In this document: in pieces, positions 11,800 to 24,500 of the stretch
Numbering within the stretch: the first letter of the stretch is position 1
How the letters are laid out: every line of letters starts with the position of its first letter
Origin: Laetmonice hystrix
Taxonomy: Eukaryota
Reading direction: 5' to 3'
NCBI GenBank assembly: GCA_965235115.1
Contig: OZ249446.1
Coordinates: forward strand, 19,530,001 to 19,594,000
DNA: 64,000 nucleotides
Position numbers and translations under genes: made by a program
Notes under the pieces: model-generated
What the model was told of the DNA's origin: nothing
Seen by the model: the letters and a program-made list of their open reading frames with translations, nothing else
The model's database searches: none

Positions 11800-12265
11800 T
11801 TCTATTGGCCGGTGGGGGCGGAGGTTTTTAGATTGAGGAGTTATGTCAGGGGCTGTGCATCATCAGATGCTATGTTCATGTTGAAACCCTGAGAGGTGTG
11901 TTTTGTTTGCAGGCAACGGGCCGCGGCCTGTTTGTGGAAGGGGGAGGGGGTGGGGGGCGGCAGGGGAGGGGTGCTGCCGGTTTGGTGTGGCTACTGGCCG
12001 CGGGGTGTCCTTGACTTGATGTCTATCGCCGTCAACGGTTCCGCCCGACTAGCCCCCGGCCTCAACGCTTCCCGCGGCCCGCCCCGGCCCACCCGGCCCG
12101 CCCGCCCCCCCACGCCCGCCCGGCCCGCCCGCCCGCTCTCCCGGCCGGCCGGCCCGCCATCCATCACTTCCCGGCCCACCCGGGGAGGCATCATGTCGGC
12201 GGTGCGGCCCGACTTTGAGAAGCCACAGACCGTTGTACCCGGTGCCAGCGAACCAATGTCCAGGT
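11800..12265 (+). promoter_or_regulatory. GC/CpG-rich island with CCAAT box and multiple GC boxes; candidate promoter and first exon
   Basis: ATTGG at 11804 and GGGGCGG at 11815; dense CCCGCCC/GGCCCGCC run at about 12075-12160; ATG at 12193 (A at -3) opens MSAVRPDFEKPQTVVPGASEPMS(R) and ends at a weak donor CAG|gtgatt (12264). Confidence 0.4.
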
Positions 12266-12983
12266 GATTAACGGGCCAGTCCCTACACTTCCAACACTGC
12301 CCGCCCCTAATATTTCCTTCTGATGAAATTTCTAACCCGAGATAGATGGCGCTGCAAATTGGGGTTACAACCGCATCCGAATGTAAGGCTACAGAGGTCA
12401 GACGGCAGAGACGCAGAAACAGGTAGTATCTCTGTGTCAGAGTGGCCCCAGTACCACGGCGACGCATACTATGGTATAACAGAATATCGCAACATCCCAA
12501 GGCGTATTGGACTACTAAAGGGGAGCAGTTGAAGAGAAATAGCCCGAGTGGCCATTCCCATTTCAAATGATGATTGCGCCTTGTACGAGCTGAAGAAGTG
12601 CCCCACAATGGTTTGGAGAATGAGACTATAGCGGGACCGGTGATCTAAGAAAAAAGTCCGGGCCTGCCTTATCAGCCACCGGACCATGCCCCTTACATTT
12701 CAGAGCCTCTATAGAGATCTAACTCTTACAGCCCACAGGGGGGAAATAAAAGGGAATTTTCTTTACAGTATTACTGCGTTTAGTAATATATATCCCCAAT
12801 AATTGTCAAAGTGACATCAAAGATATTGGATAGACAATGTAAACTTTTGATACACAAAGAAGGAAGAATCCATGATTATCAACCTCAGACTGATCATGAT
12901 CGAACGTTCATCAGGCTCAATGATCAGGCGCTGACCCCAATTTTTACATTAATTCCGCTGGAACATTAAAAAACGGGGACAGC

Positions 12984-12998
12984 ACAGCAGAGGGCAGC
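12984..12998 (+). promoter_or_regulatory. CTCF-like core motif
   Basis: ACAGCAGAGGGCAGC versus consensus CCASYAGRKGGCRSY; one mismatch at position 1. Confidence 0.3.
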
Positions 12999-13830
12999 CA
13001 GTACAACATGGCCAACGAAAACGCCCGGACCGATGACGACTGAGCGCAAGTGTCGTTATAATCAACGTGGAGAAAATAGCCTGCCACGGCTACGGCCCCG
13101 CGGGAGGACAGTCTCGCGTCTTCTCGGCGTTTCTCGCGTCCAGGCGGGGACCGGAACGTGTTGAAGACATTTTCGAATCTCCGCCTCTCAATGCATCATC
13201 TTCGTAGGGGAAAGGACATCGAGGCTCTCATCGCACAGGGGAGCGCCTCTCCCAACGACCGGTTTATGCTGCACTCAGCGCTTTAGTCGCCCGTCAGGGA
13301 AAATATAGCCATGTCCTTAGGAAATCAATGCCCAGTGCTGATCCTCCAACAAAGACAACGATGGTCTGCTAGAAGCTTTACCTTCACCGAGTCGCACTTT
13401 GATGTATGGTACTTGCGGCAAACTTCAAAGCGCTGACGTTGTCGACGCACCGTTGGACGCCTACCAGGAAGTGACGTGATCACAAACCGCTGGGGTTGAT
13501 TGCTTTTGGACTCATTTCTCTTTCTTCACACTGAATGCTGACGTGCGAATTTTCTTTCTCCTGTCAACGTTAACGCGTTTATTTTCCACGGCATAAACGG
13601 TGGTGTAAATGATATGGAAATTTGTCGAAAACGAGCCATGGCGTGCCCAGACTGAATGGATGTGACGGCAGCATTCGGAAATGACGGCTTGTAACGTATT
13701 ACGAAACCGGCACGGTGGCTCTCGACGTAATTGAAGCCAATCGGTAATCTTGTGAGGAGCCCGGATGATAGGCCTGTAAGTGGCCCTGACCTTGTTCACA
13801 GGGAGTTCTGCCATAGACACCGGTCATCGT

Positions 13831-14400
13831 CCCAACACAAGCCTCGGGATACACTAACTGATGCTCCTCTCCCCAATATAAGCCTCGGGATACACTAACT
13901 AATGCTCACCTCCCCAACACAAGCCTCGGGATACACTAACTGATGCTCACCTCCCCAACACAAGCCTCGGGATACACTAACTAATGCTCACCTCCCCAAC
14001 ACAAGTCTCGGGATACACTAACTAATGCTCAGCTCCCCAACACAAGCCTCGGGATACACTAACTGATGCTCCTCTCCCCAATACAAGCCTCGGGATACAC
14101 TAACTGATGCTCCCTCCCCAACACAAACCTCGGGATACACTAACTGATGCTGCCCTCCCCAACACAAGCCTCGGGATACACTAACTGATGCTCCCCTCCC
14201 CAACACAAGCCTCGGGATACACTAACTGATGCTGCCCTCCCCAACACAAGCCTCGGGATACACTAACTGATGCTGCCCTCCCCAACACAAGCCTCGGGAT
14301 ACACTACCTAATGCTTCCCTCCCCAACACAAGCCTCGGGATACACTACCTGATGCTCCCCTCCCCAACACAAGCCTCGGGACACACTAACTGATGCTCCT
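13831..14400 (+). repeat. 41-42-bp minisatellite, about 14 copies
   Basis: Unit cccaacacaagcctcgggatacactaactgatgctcctctc with variants in the pyrimidine segment. Confidence 0.95.
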
Positions 14401-14734
14401 CTTTGCATATTTGACAGAAGGTAACATCAGACAGCGTCTTGGAGAAGTTTATGAGGAAAGCGATCCATCTCACAGATTTGATATTATATGCCCAGATAAT
14501 TACTTAGGGATAAAATATAGAACATCGTTAAACGTCTTCATATTTCGCACCAGAAGATACGAGAAAACTCTTGCTAAGATAATCTAATATGGTGAAATGT
14601 TGTCTTTGATGCGAGGGGAAAAATTTACCTGAACATCGCAAACGCAGAGACAGGCGAACACATCTCCGATAAACAGGCCTTGTATCTGTAAGGCTAATAT
14701 TCCATAAGGATTACCCAACACTGCACGATAAAAT

Positions 14735-14815
14735 ATCAGAATTCCAACTCCGACCAAGTTCTTAAACGGCAGGGCGTTCTCTGCTGCAGGGCTTCCGTCT
14801 GGTTACAAACAGATC
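14735..14815 (+). mobile_element. Possible decayed 3' fragment of an L2/CR1-group LINE
   Basis: Translates RIPTPTKFLNGRAFSAAG followed by a frameshifted ..W, resembling the GDRAFSVAAP.LWN C-terminal motif of L2-group ORF2; short match. Confidence 0.3.
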
Positions 14816-17800
14816 TCCTCGCTACGGCCTCGATCTAGTTGATATTCATACGCCATGCCCATTGCAAACGCCCTCTGTCTATGTACAGAATTTACTTTCG
14901 CTTGGCATGAAACTATTAAAGAGCACCCTAGGCATGGAGCACATGGCTTCGCGGCCCTGCGAATAACAGCTGGCGGTTATACTGATCTGATGTGTTGCAT
15001 GAGGAATAAAAGGGGGGTCGTGTACGGAGATAGAGCGCAGTGGTTAGCCGGTAGCTGGTGTATGGGTCAACTGGCCCTAACCCCTTGGGGTATATAAACA
15101 GTCCAGAAGATGTCGCTTACAAACGAGGTTCTTCCAAAGAATCCGGTGGGGGAAAAAGTCAATGCTCTACACTGTATATATGTGCCCACCTCTGACAGTA
15201 TAATCATACTCCCTTCCTTTCTACGCTCATCCCTTATAAGGTTCGTAGATGTAATGCAATAAGATATCACTATGCTTGCCTATATGCATTCGGAGGGTCA
15301 AAACGAAAGAAAGGGGAGGAGAAAAAAATAAAGAAATGGAGAAAACTATCTTCAGCGAGCATTGTATTGGTACGAGCTTTTCCCACTCGTCCATGATAGC
15401 CAGCCTGTAGCCCATTCTCTATGTGTCCATACTCGGGTTGTAGTCGGTATTACAGCCCATATTGAACCTCATAATCGAGATGTACATCTCTAAAGATAAG
15501 AGAAGACTCCGTCTGCTACCTAAGATTATTTGAGCTCGTCATTATAACACCGTGTATTGTTTCATCATACGATGTGCTCCCTACCTCGCTGGCTAATGTT
15601 AGTGTGAGTGTAGCCCCCGGCCATGCGCACTCTTTGACAATCAAAAGAATATGACTGTATCAGCAAATATCTGGCAGTGTTCCTTTGCCGTTTCAGCTGT
15701 TAGTTCACATAGAACGCCCTTATATATTGCAGTCATCTACAGAACTGTGCTGTCGTGCTGCAGTGCTGTAGTGCTGTAGTGCTATAGTGTCCTGTTCTAC
15801 ATGAAATATCTGGAGGTGATTTTCGAAATGGCGCTATTCTCGGAGTTATAATTATCTCTCTGCTCTTGTGACTGCAGGCCTTGCTTCCATATATGATATT
15901 TGATCCCTCCACAGGGAATTAGAAAGTAAATACTAAACGTAGTTGGGAAACGCTGCTTTGAAATGACACAGCAGCCCTCGCCAACACGCATCTCACCCTC
16001 AGTTCTGTACACTCAAACATCGACACGTGTATAGGCACACATAGAACGAGATATGGTTACAAATTAACTTAGTCTAAAGGCAACAAATACGAACACATCA
16101 GGGAGAAATACCCCGCACAGATGATGCTTTCCAAATTGATTACCAGCAAGGTTAAGAGTATTGGATGCATGCGCATGTAATTACAGTTGATATGAAAAAA
16201 AGTTAGTCTCCTGCTGTGAGGTATGTAGTTTCTTGATATCATCATTAAGTGACTTAAAATATCCATGTTTTCTATCTCACTAACATTGTAGAAGATTGCC
16301 CGAATGTACACGCAGAAATTTCATCCCCCTGGACATGATTAAGAAACGTCACCGTTTTGAAGGGAAGGTATATTTGGTTTAATACTCCGCTGATGGAAAT
16401 ACGAGCCAACCTTGACAAGCACGCCACAGTTAATAGAAGAAGTAATTAACATGCCGATACTCGCTCACGATGTGTGTTAAATTGGAAGTGACTGCCGGTC
16501 ACTCTTTGGCGTGACACGGTCGGATTTTTCAGGCAGAAAGGGGCAGACAGAAAGGGGCAGAAAAGGGGGGAGTCAGAGGGGTGAGTGAGGTAGGGTATGG
16601 AAGGGTATGCAGTTTTGATACCTCAGTTGTTCAATATGTGTGTAACCGCTGGGTATTATACGTAAGCCATCCGTCGTCCCTAAATGTTGCTAGGACCCAT
16701 GTAGTTTTGATGTAACTTCAGTATTTCGATGTGTTTATATAGAGTGCCTCCGTCGAGTTAGAAACCATCTCTCTCCGAATTTACAAAGCGGACTCATACC
16801 TTATGGGCCTTACTTCTCACACGTAATGACTTTACCGTAAACCTGACTTAAATTGACTGATTTCAGGATTACCAAATTTTGGGACCTAGTCCGAATGAGA
16901 CGTGCCGACGGCGACTAGAGTCGATGTTGAAGGTCTATCACATGCCAAGAGACATAATAATGAAGTTATAAGTCAGTACGTTATGTGATTGCATGTCAAA
17001 GTCTTGACTTTCAGTAAGGCCGCCGTGCTTGACGACAGCCCGGAGCTCTAGGAAGCCGTTCTTTAGTTAAAGTGTTAAGTAGTTGGCACTGAAGCGATTC
17101 CACGGCTTTCTTGATCGGATTGACGGATTAAATTAAGTCAAAATGGAAAAGTCTTATGTACTACTTCCGAGTGGCAGGTAGTTTGGGCCACTGCGCAATG
17201 TTTGCGCACCGTCGTTCAGTTCGGACAGTTAAAGCCAGGAGGAATCCATGTGTACGTAGTTGTTATCATTAATATAGCGGTTATTCTGACATTTGAGATA
17301 CCTTAATCATATCTACACTTATTGTAACGGGGACAACCACACCCATCTATTTTCGGAACCGGCTGACCGGTCAGCTGGTCGGCTTACTGGAAAGGCTGTT
17401 AAGCCTACGTAACAGTAGGCCTACTGTGAATGTGATAAAGAAGATAACCAAGCAGTTGATCGGGCTGAGGACCCAATGTGATTTGTTGACCCTACATTAG
17501 CTAAAGAATTAAAAGACATTTTCAACAAGTCTATCTGCAGTTTGGCTGATCACTACGATGGAGAAAATCTGACCGCATTGATAATTTACAATGATCACCA
17601 CCTGTTAGTTGATGGGCAGGCTTAAAGTAGAATAATGCTATAACAATACTTTCCTCAGTCTTAGGCGATGCGTCTGTATTAGTTGGCCTAGTGCTAAGAG
17701 ACAACTAATACTATAAGCCCGTGCAAAACAATGGCAAACGGTGTGAACCTTACACTAATGGAAGCAGTAGCTGTCTCCACCACTCGGCTGGGAATATGGC

Positions 17801-17958
17801 ACACACATGACACCCTCCTTTAGGTCGCATCTATGGCTATGTGAGCCTCTTCATTTCTCTGATGGCACTGGCCTTTTACTACTCGCTGGCTCAGGGAAGG
17901 CTAAGTTACTCGGCAGTATAGGCCGACGTCCGCCAGCAAACTGCAGTACATCTATGGC

Positions 17959-18529
17959 TTATGTTATAATGGGACATTAGGTTTACAATGTGACATTATG
18001 TTTACAGTACCTTATGTAATGGGACATTATGTTTACAGTACCTTCTGTTATAATGAGACATTATGTTTACAGTACCTTACGATAATTGGGACATTAGCTT
18101 TACAGTACAGTATGTTATATTGGGACATTAGATTTACAGTACCTTACGATAATTGGGACATTAGGTTTACAATACCTTATGTTATAATGGGACATTAGGT
18201 TTACAGTACCTTATGTTATAATGGGACATTAGGTTTACAGTACCTTATGTTATAATGGGACATTAGGTTTACAGTACCGTATGTTATATTGGGACATTAG
18301 GTTTACAGTACCTTATGTTATAATGGGACATTAGGTTTACAGTACCGTATGTTATATTGGGACATTAGATTTACAGTACCTTATGTTCTAATATAGAGGG
18401 CATTAGGTTTACAGCACTTTTTTTATGTTATATTGGGACATTAGGTTTACAGTACATTGTACCTTATGTTATAATGGGACATTAGGTTTACAGTACCTTA
18501 TGTTATATTGGGACATTAGGTTTACAGTA
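17959..18529 (+). repeat. 34-bp minisatellite, about 16 copies
   Basis: Unit ttatgttataatgggacattaggtttacagtacc. Confidence 0.95.
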
Positions 18530-19483
18530 TCTTTCAGATATTTCATCCGCATGTGCTTAGGTTCACCCTTTAACCGCTGATGTTGATATCATCATATTAT
18601 TATCATATCATTTATCATTTTATGAGACCAGAGAAAACATGTGGAAGGCAAAAGAAACATTTGACATTCAAAACTGTTTTACTGTTTTCTGTTGATTCAG
18701 CTAATGGATTTACGGATTTAAGTAAAGAACACATTTAATTCAGATCAATCTTTTTGGAAGGCAGGAAAAATTGGCATGTTTCAGGAGATTTTGTTCAAGC
18801 ATTTCCAAATTTATCCCTAAGTAAGATGCGAACAATCAAAAGAGCGAAAATACGCGATGGATAGAACGAGAAGCGAAAGAACGCGATAGCGGGAAGAGGC
18901 GGATGTCTACAAGTGAAAATCTAGTCCTGCTAAAATAAGACCGGAACACATGTGCGATCAAATCATCTGTATGATAAAAACACAACTAAAACATCTAAAA
19001 CATTGAAACCAAAAATAAATGCGAAACCTAGCGAAAGATAATCTGACGCGTCCCTTACTTCCCCCTCCAGTTGTAATTAATGAAAAAAAAAACGAAGCAT
19101 GTTCGTGTTGTCAGGCATGTGAGTGAGAGAATTCCCTGGCGAAACATGCAAAGGTGAAAACTTACAATAGAGACGTAGCGAGAGAGAAGGGCGGAGAGGA
19201 CCGCTGCATGGCAGCAACATTTGGAGCTGACATTGTCGCCAATGGAAACGGTAACCTGAAACCTGCAATGTTGTAAGCTCGGCTCAGAACGGGCACTCAT
19301 CAGGTATTTGTCACTTGAGAGGAAGGCACGAAAGGACATGATTTCCGCTCATGTCGTTCCCTGATCCTGACAGTGTTCAGCTGGCTCCAGCGATGAGTTG
19401 CTAATTATATACATGTATGTGTCATTTCTAGTCTGTAATCTTTGCTTGGTTTCTGTAAAGAAAAACCGTTTCCAATGGCATCT

Positions 19484-20920
19484 CCTCGGTATCATTCTCA
19501 ACCCTCGGTATCATTCTCCACCCTCGGTATCATTCTCAACCCTCGGTATCATTCTCAGCCCTCGGTATCATTCTCAACCCTCGGTATCATTCTCAGCCCT
19601 CGGTATCATTCTCAACCCTCGGTATCTCAACCCTCGGTATCATTCTCAACCCTCGGTATCATTCTCAACCCTCGGTATCATTCTCAGCCCTCGGTATCAT
19701 TCTCAACCCTCGGTATCATTCTCAACCCTCGGTATCATTCTCAACCCTCGGCATCATTCTCAGCCCTCGGTATCATTCTCAACCCTTGGTATCATTCTCA
19801 GCCCTCGGTATCATTCTCAGCCCTCGGTATCATTCTCAGCCCTCGGTATCATTCTCAGCCTTCGGTATCATTCTCAACCCTCGGTATCATTCTCAGCCCT
19901 CGGTATCATTCTCAGCCCTCGGTATCATTCTCAGCCCTCGGTATCATTCTCAACCCTCGGTATCATTCTCAACCCTCGGTATCTCAACCCTCGGTATTAT
20001 TCTCAGCCCTCGGTATCATTCTCAACCCTTGGTATCATTCTCAGCCCTCGGTATCATTCTCAGCCCTCGGCATCATTCTCAGCCCTCGGTATCATTCTCA
20101 ACCCTTGGTATCATTCTCAGCCCTCGGTATCATTCTCAGCCCTCGGTATCATTCTCAACCCTCGGTATCATTCTCAACCCTCGGTATCATTCTCAGCCCT
20201 CGGTATCATTCTCAGCCCTCGGTATCATTCTCAGCCCTCGGTATCATTCTCAGCCCTCGGTATCATTCTCAACCCTCGGTATCATTCTCAACCCTCGGTA
20301 TCATTCTCAGCCCTCGGTATCATCCTCAGCCCTCGGTATCATTCTCAGCCCTCGGTATCATTCTCAGCCCTCGGTATCATCCTCAACCCTCGGTATCATT
20401 CTCAACCCTCGGTATCATTCTCAACCCTCGGTATCATTCTCAACCCTCGGTATCTCAACCCTCGGTATTATTCTCAGCCCTCGGTATCATTCTCAACCCT
20501 TGGTATCATTCTCAGCCCTCGGTATCATTCTCAACCCTTGGTATCATTCTCAGCCCTCGGTATCTCAACCCTCGGTATCATTCTCAGCCCTCGGTATCAT
20601 TCCGAACCCTCGGTATCATTCTCAACCCTCGGTATCATTCTCAGCCCTCGGTATCATTCTCAACCCTCGGTATCATTCTCAGCCCTCGGTATCATTCTCA
20701 GCCCTCGGTATCTCAACCCTTGGTATCATTCTCAGCCCTCGGTATCATTCTCAGCCCTCGGTATCATCCTCAGCCCTCGGTATCATTCTCAGCCCTCGGT
20801 ATCATCCTCAGCCCTCGGTATCATTCTCAACCCTCGGTATCATTCTCAGCCCTCGGTATCATTCTCAACCCTCGGTATCAGTCTCCACCCTCGGTCTCAA
20901 CCCTCGGTATCATTCTCAGC
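19484..20920 (+). repeat. 19-bp minisatellite, about 75 copies
   Basis: Unit ccctcggtatcattctca(a/g) with occasional 15-bp units (ccctcggtatctcaa); accounts for the three overlapping 416-514 aa ORFs. Confidence 0.97.
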
Positions 20921-21329
20921 CCCCTTTTTCCAATACAAATGATTTGAACCCACTTGAAAGGCCCGACAAACGGCAATGGCACAGCACTTGGCTATTACGT
21001 TACATATTGGAGAATGTAACAACATCCTCCAACTGATTAGCTAAATCGACATAAGGCGACGATGTACGAACATTGTGTTATTTTACCTGAACGCGACGTG
21101 TCACTACAACGTATGTCGAGGGCATGTTTCGTCAGACAAAATTGCACTGATGTCACCCAAATACAGGACATAGGTATTTAAAGTATTGCTAGACTTAATC
21201 CTCGCCAACCCTAATCATCGAATTTGCAATTTGACCTATCAGGATAAGATTTGTAGAGACTATGGAGAGTTTGACATTACGATCTTCCTGTTTATAGTTT
21301 AACTCGAATTGAGATTTTTGTACTCGTCA

Positions 21330-21573
21330 CAGTGGCGTATCCAGGGGGTTTCGAAGTATCCTGGACCCCCCCCCTTGAAAAAATACTATATTAAGGACAT
21401 TTTTGTATAAAGGAGTGTAAAATGCATTTTTTAACCTTCATATTTCCACACAAGATGTCCCGCGATTTCATTAGTTGTCTTTAAAATTTCCAGAGGAGCA
21501 TGGCCTAATGGCAAAATTTGAAGTACCTAAACCTGGGAACCCCCTTCTTTAAACATTTCTCGATACGCCACTG
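21330..21573. mobile_element. MITE-like non-autonomous DNA element (superfamily unassigned)
   Basis: 12-bp perfect TIR CAGTGGCGTATC / GATACGCCACTG around 244 bp; no target-site duplication visible. Confidence 0.6.
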
Positions 21574-24500
21574 GATACCTGGCTCTCCTGGGACGGCACT
21601 TGTGTTGTAATTGCCGTTCACAGAAAACCGTCGGAGTGTGTTTTCCCGTTCTTTTGATGCTTACTGGGAACGTCACGAGATTGCATGTCAATTATTCCAT
21701 TCACCATACGTGAAAAAAGTAGGAAGCAATTTGCAACACGTGCACCAGACAGGCGTATAGGCCTACAACCTACAGTCAGTATTCTTACTACCGTTTTCTG
21801 GAATCTCTGACGGGGGTAAAAATACGGAGCTCCCTTGAGTGAGCTAAATGGTTCCTATCGCCCTGAATGTGACTGAAATATTGTCGACAGGGCGTAAAAC
21901 TAACCCGCTCAAACGTCTACACCAGAAAAAAACTGACTTCATTCATGGCGAATTTGGCGAAGTGCGATAACGAATACAACTTTAATCAACCGTGCATCTC
22001 TTTTAAAGAATACAGTCGGGTTACGGACGATCTAAGATGATCAGCACGATCATAAATAGCGGGCAGAAAAAGAATAGATTGGAGCAAGTCATTTATTGCG
22101 ATACGCGTATGTGTACTGACCCCAAACAGTCACATGAACGCCGACAAGAGTAAAGATTACTAAGCAAGGCCGTGTTCTCGTGGTCCCGAGAATCGAATTA
22201 CCTGGCCTCGAGAGGTGGCTTTACACACGCGTGCGCAGACGTTGCCTTGGGAGAAACACGCGACTGGCGCGAGAAGAACGCTGGCAAAGAGGATCGCTAA
22301 CATAGAGCCGCGCGATTGGCGCGAACAGGACGTTGAGAAAGCAGCGTGTTACAAACAAGGTCGACTTAGAGCACGTTTAAGGACGGCGTCTTCCGGTAGT
22401 CCTCCTTTGTCCATATTGCTGGAGAAATACGCTAATTGGTGAGTGTGACCATGTAGAAGTCGACGACATATTGACTGCAGATTGCCTGATCGCAGCCTGC
22501 AGCAAAGAGACTGGTTTAGCTTTCACACGGAGGAAATCCACTTTCCCTCATCAACAAGGACATTTTAAGCTGCACTGAGCAGAAGAAAATAGAGCGCGAC
22601 TACAGGCATACAGGCATCATACATGGTTGTTTTCAATATTATCCTTTCTCCCTGTTTTAGATCGAGTGGTCCATAAATAGAATAAAAATGACTAAGTTAG
22701 AAAGGTAGACCAACCTATCGTTCGGATTTTAACAGTAAAAGGTAATTCACATATTTATCGTGTCCGACCATTTTCCTTTAGGTGCCCCTACCGTAGTGAG
22801 CCATCAGAAGATTAGTATAACTGTGTGGGCCTGACATGATGGATAAGGTTCCTCCTTTGTGGGGTAGGGGGTACTTTGAAACATTCACATTGGCTTCCTT
22901 TCCCACTTAAAACTTATAATATTTGACTTTAATGTTCTAATATTTCCACGTCACTCTAGCAAATAGTGACGGATGACTTTCTTCTTTCTTGTCCCTTCTG
23001 GGAACTCCATAAATGATGGCAATGAACTTTCTCGGTCTGAGAGAAAACAAAGAAAGGAAGTTTTCCGATCATGTACCTTAACCCCACGAGGCCTGTGCTT
23101 GGGGACGCCCGGATGGCCATGCCCCATCCATCCGTCATGGGGTTCTCCTGCCCACACTTGGTTTTCTGGGATAGAGCACGCAAAGTAAACTTATTGACTG
23201 GTTGGGGGGGGGGGGGGGGGGCTGGGTATATTGTCAGAGCGCCCGATCTGTGTCACCCCTTGGGGGCTTTAAGACGAATCGGCGTCTCCCTTTCTCCTGG
23301 GGATCTGACACAAGGGGCGCAGGTGTCGTGTCAGGCGAGCGTTGGGTGCCTTCTGAATGATTTACCTGAAGGAACGCGCTGAGTTGTTAACAGACGCTTG
23401 GGCTGGTTGTGGCCACCGGCTGTGACTGCTTGTGACCGGCTGTGACCGGATCAGACTGGCTGCTGTTACTGTGTGCAGTGAGGTGTTATAGGTCTGGAAA
23501 TCCGACTGGGATCAGAATAATCTTTATTACGTCATTGATATAGAATCATGAGTAAATTATCAGGGATTGGGGCGCCGTGTATGGTGAGCTTCACACATAT
23601 GATGACAATGTCTATGCCAATTGTTGGTGTAAGAGGCACCCCACCCCCTATTCCTACCCCCAGAACCTATCCACGCACTGCCATAGACCGTTGACACCCT
23701 AACTACAGAACTGTGACAACATTAGAATTTTACACAACATTAAACCAAAGAAATAACTATGATATTAATTGATTTTATTTTGTAATTGAACTAATTTGAA
23801 ATTGCCGCCAAATTTTAGGAATAATATTTTCACATATCATGCAGTGACATGTACGCACGTACACCTTCCAGCACCTGATTCTCTCAAACATAGTGTTACA
23901 AACCAGATTTCCGCGTCATTTCCGTGGCTAAGCCTCGAGCCGGATTCCTTTGTTCCTGTTTTTTGTTTGTTCTCTAAGACTCACCTCGCCAAATCCCACG
24001 ATGTAATTAATTTGTTTCTTGGGAACTGATGTGAAGATTCCTAAATAATCACTCAGTGCATGAAGGCGAGTCAGATGCTATGATATTATACATGTTGTGC
24101 CAGACTGCTGTGCCCGCTCAACGTGGGCTTATCTCAAACCAATCGCTGTGTGCAGCGACGGGAAATACTGCTCCCCAAGACTTTGGCCATGTGACAGAGG
24201 CGCATTTGCAAATGCAGTTATCTAAAATTCCTTCAGCCAGCCAAAGGAATGCAAGTGTCTTCTTCAATATCAATTTTGAGGCCAATTGATTCGACATATA
24301 GGACGAGTCGATCGGATTTTTTCCTCAGCGAAATTTAATTCACGCTACAACTGTTCCAAAATATTGCGATTCTATGTTTTTTTCTAGTATTTCCCCCCAT
24401 AAAGTATAAGTTACTCGTATCACTCGTATCGCAATAACTGTGCTAACTTTAAACACGAAGTTGATAGATCTGGTGGATCTCGGTTTGATATTCTTGAAAC

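Noticed and set aside
19155-19260. Minus-strand exon (ttgcag/tttcag ... gtaagt) as the signal-peptide exon of the lectin gene
   Set aside because: The phase-1 reading MLLPCSGPLRPSLSLRLY lacks a hydrophobic core; no other support.
19398-21036. 514, 501 and 416 aa ORFs as genes
   Set aside because: All three frames translate the same 19-bp unit, which has no stop codon; no unique domain.
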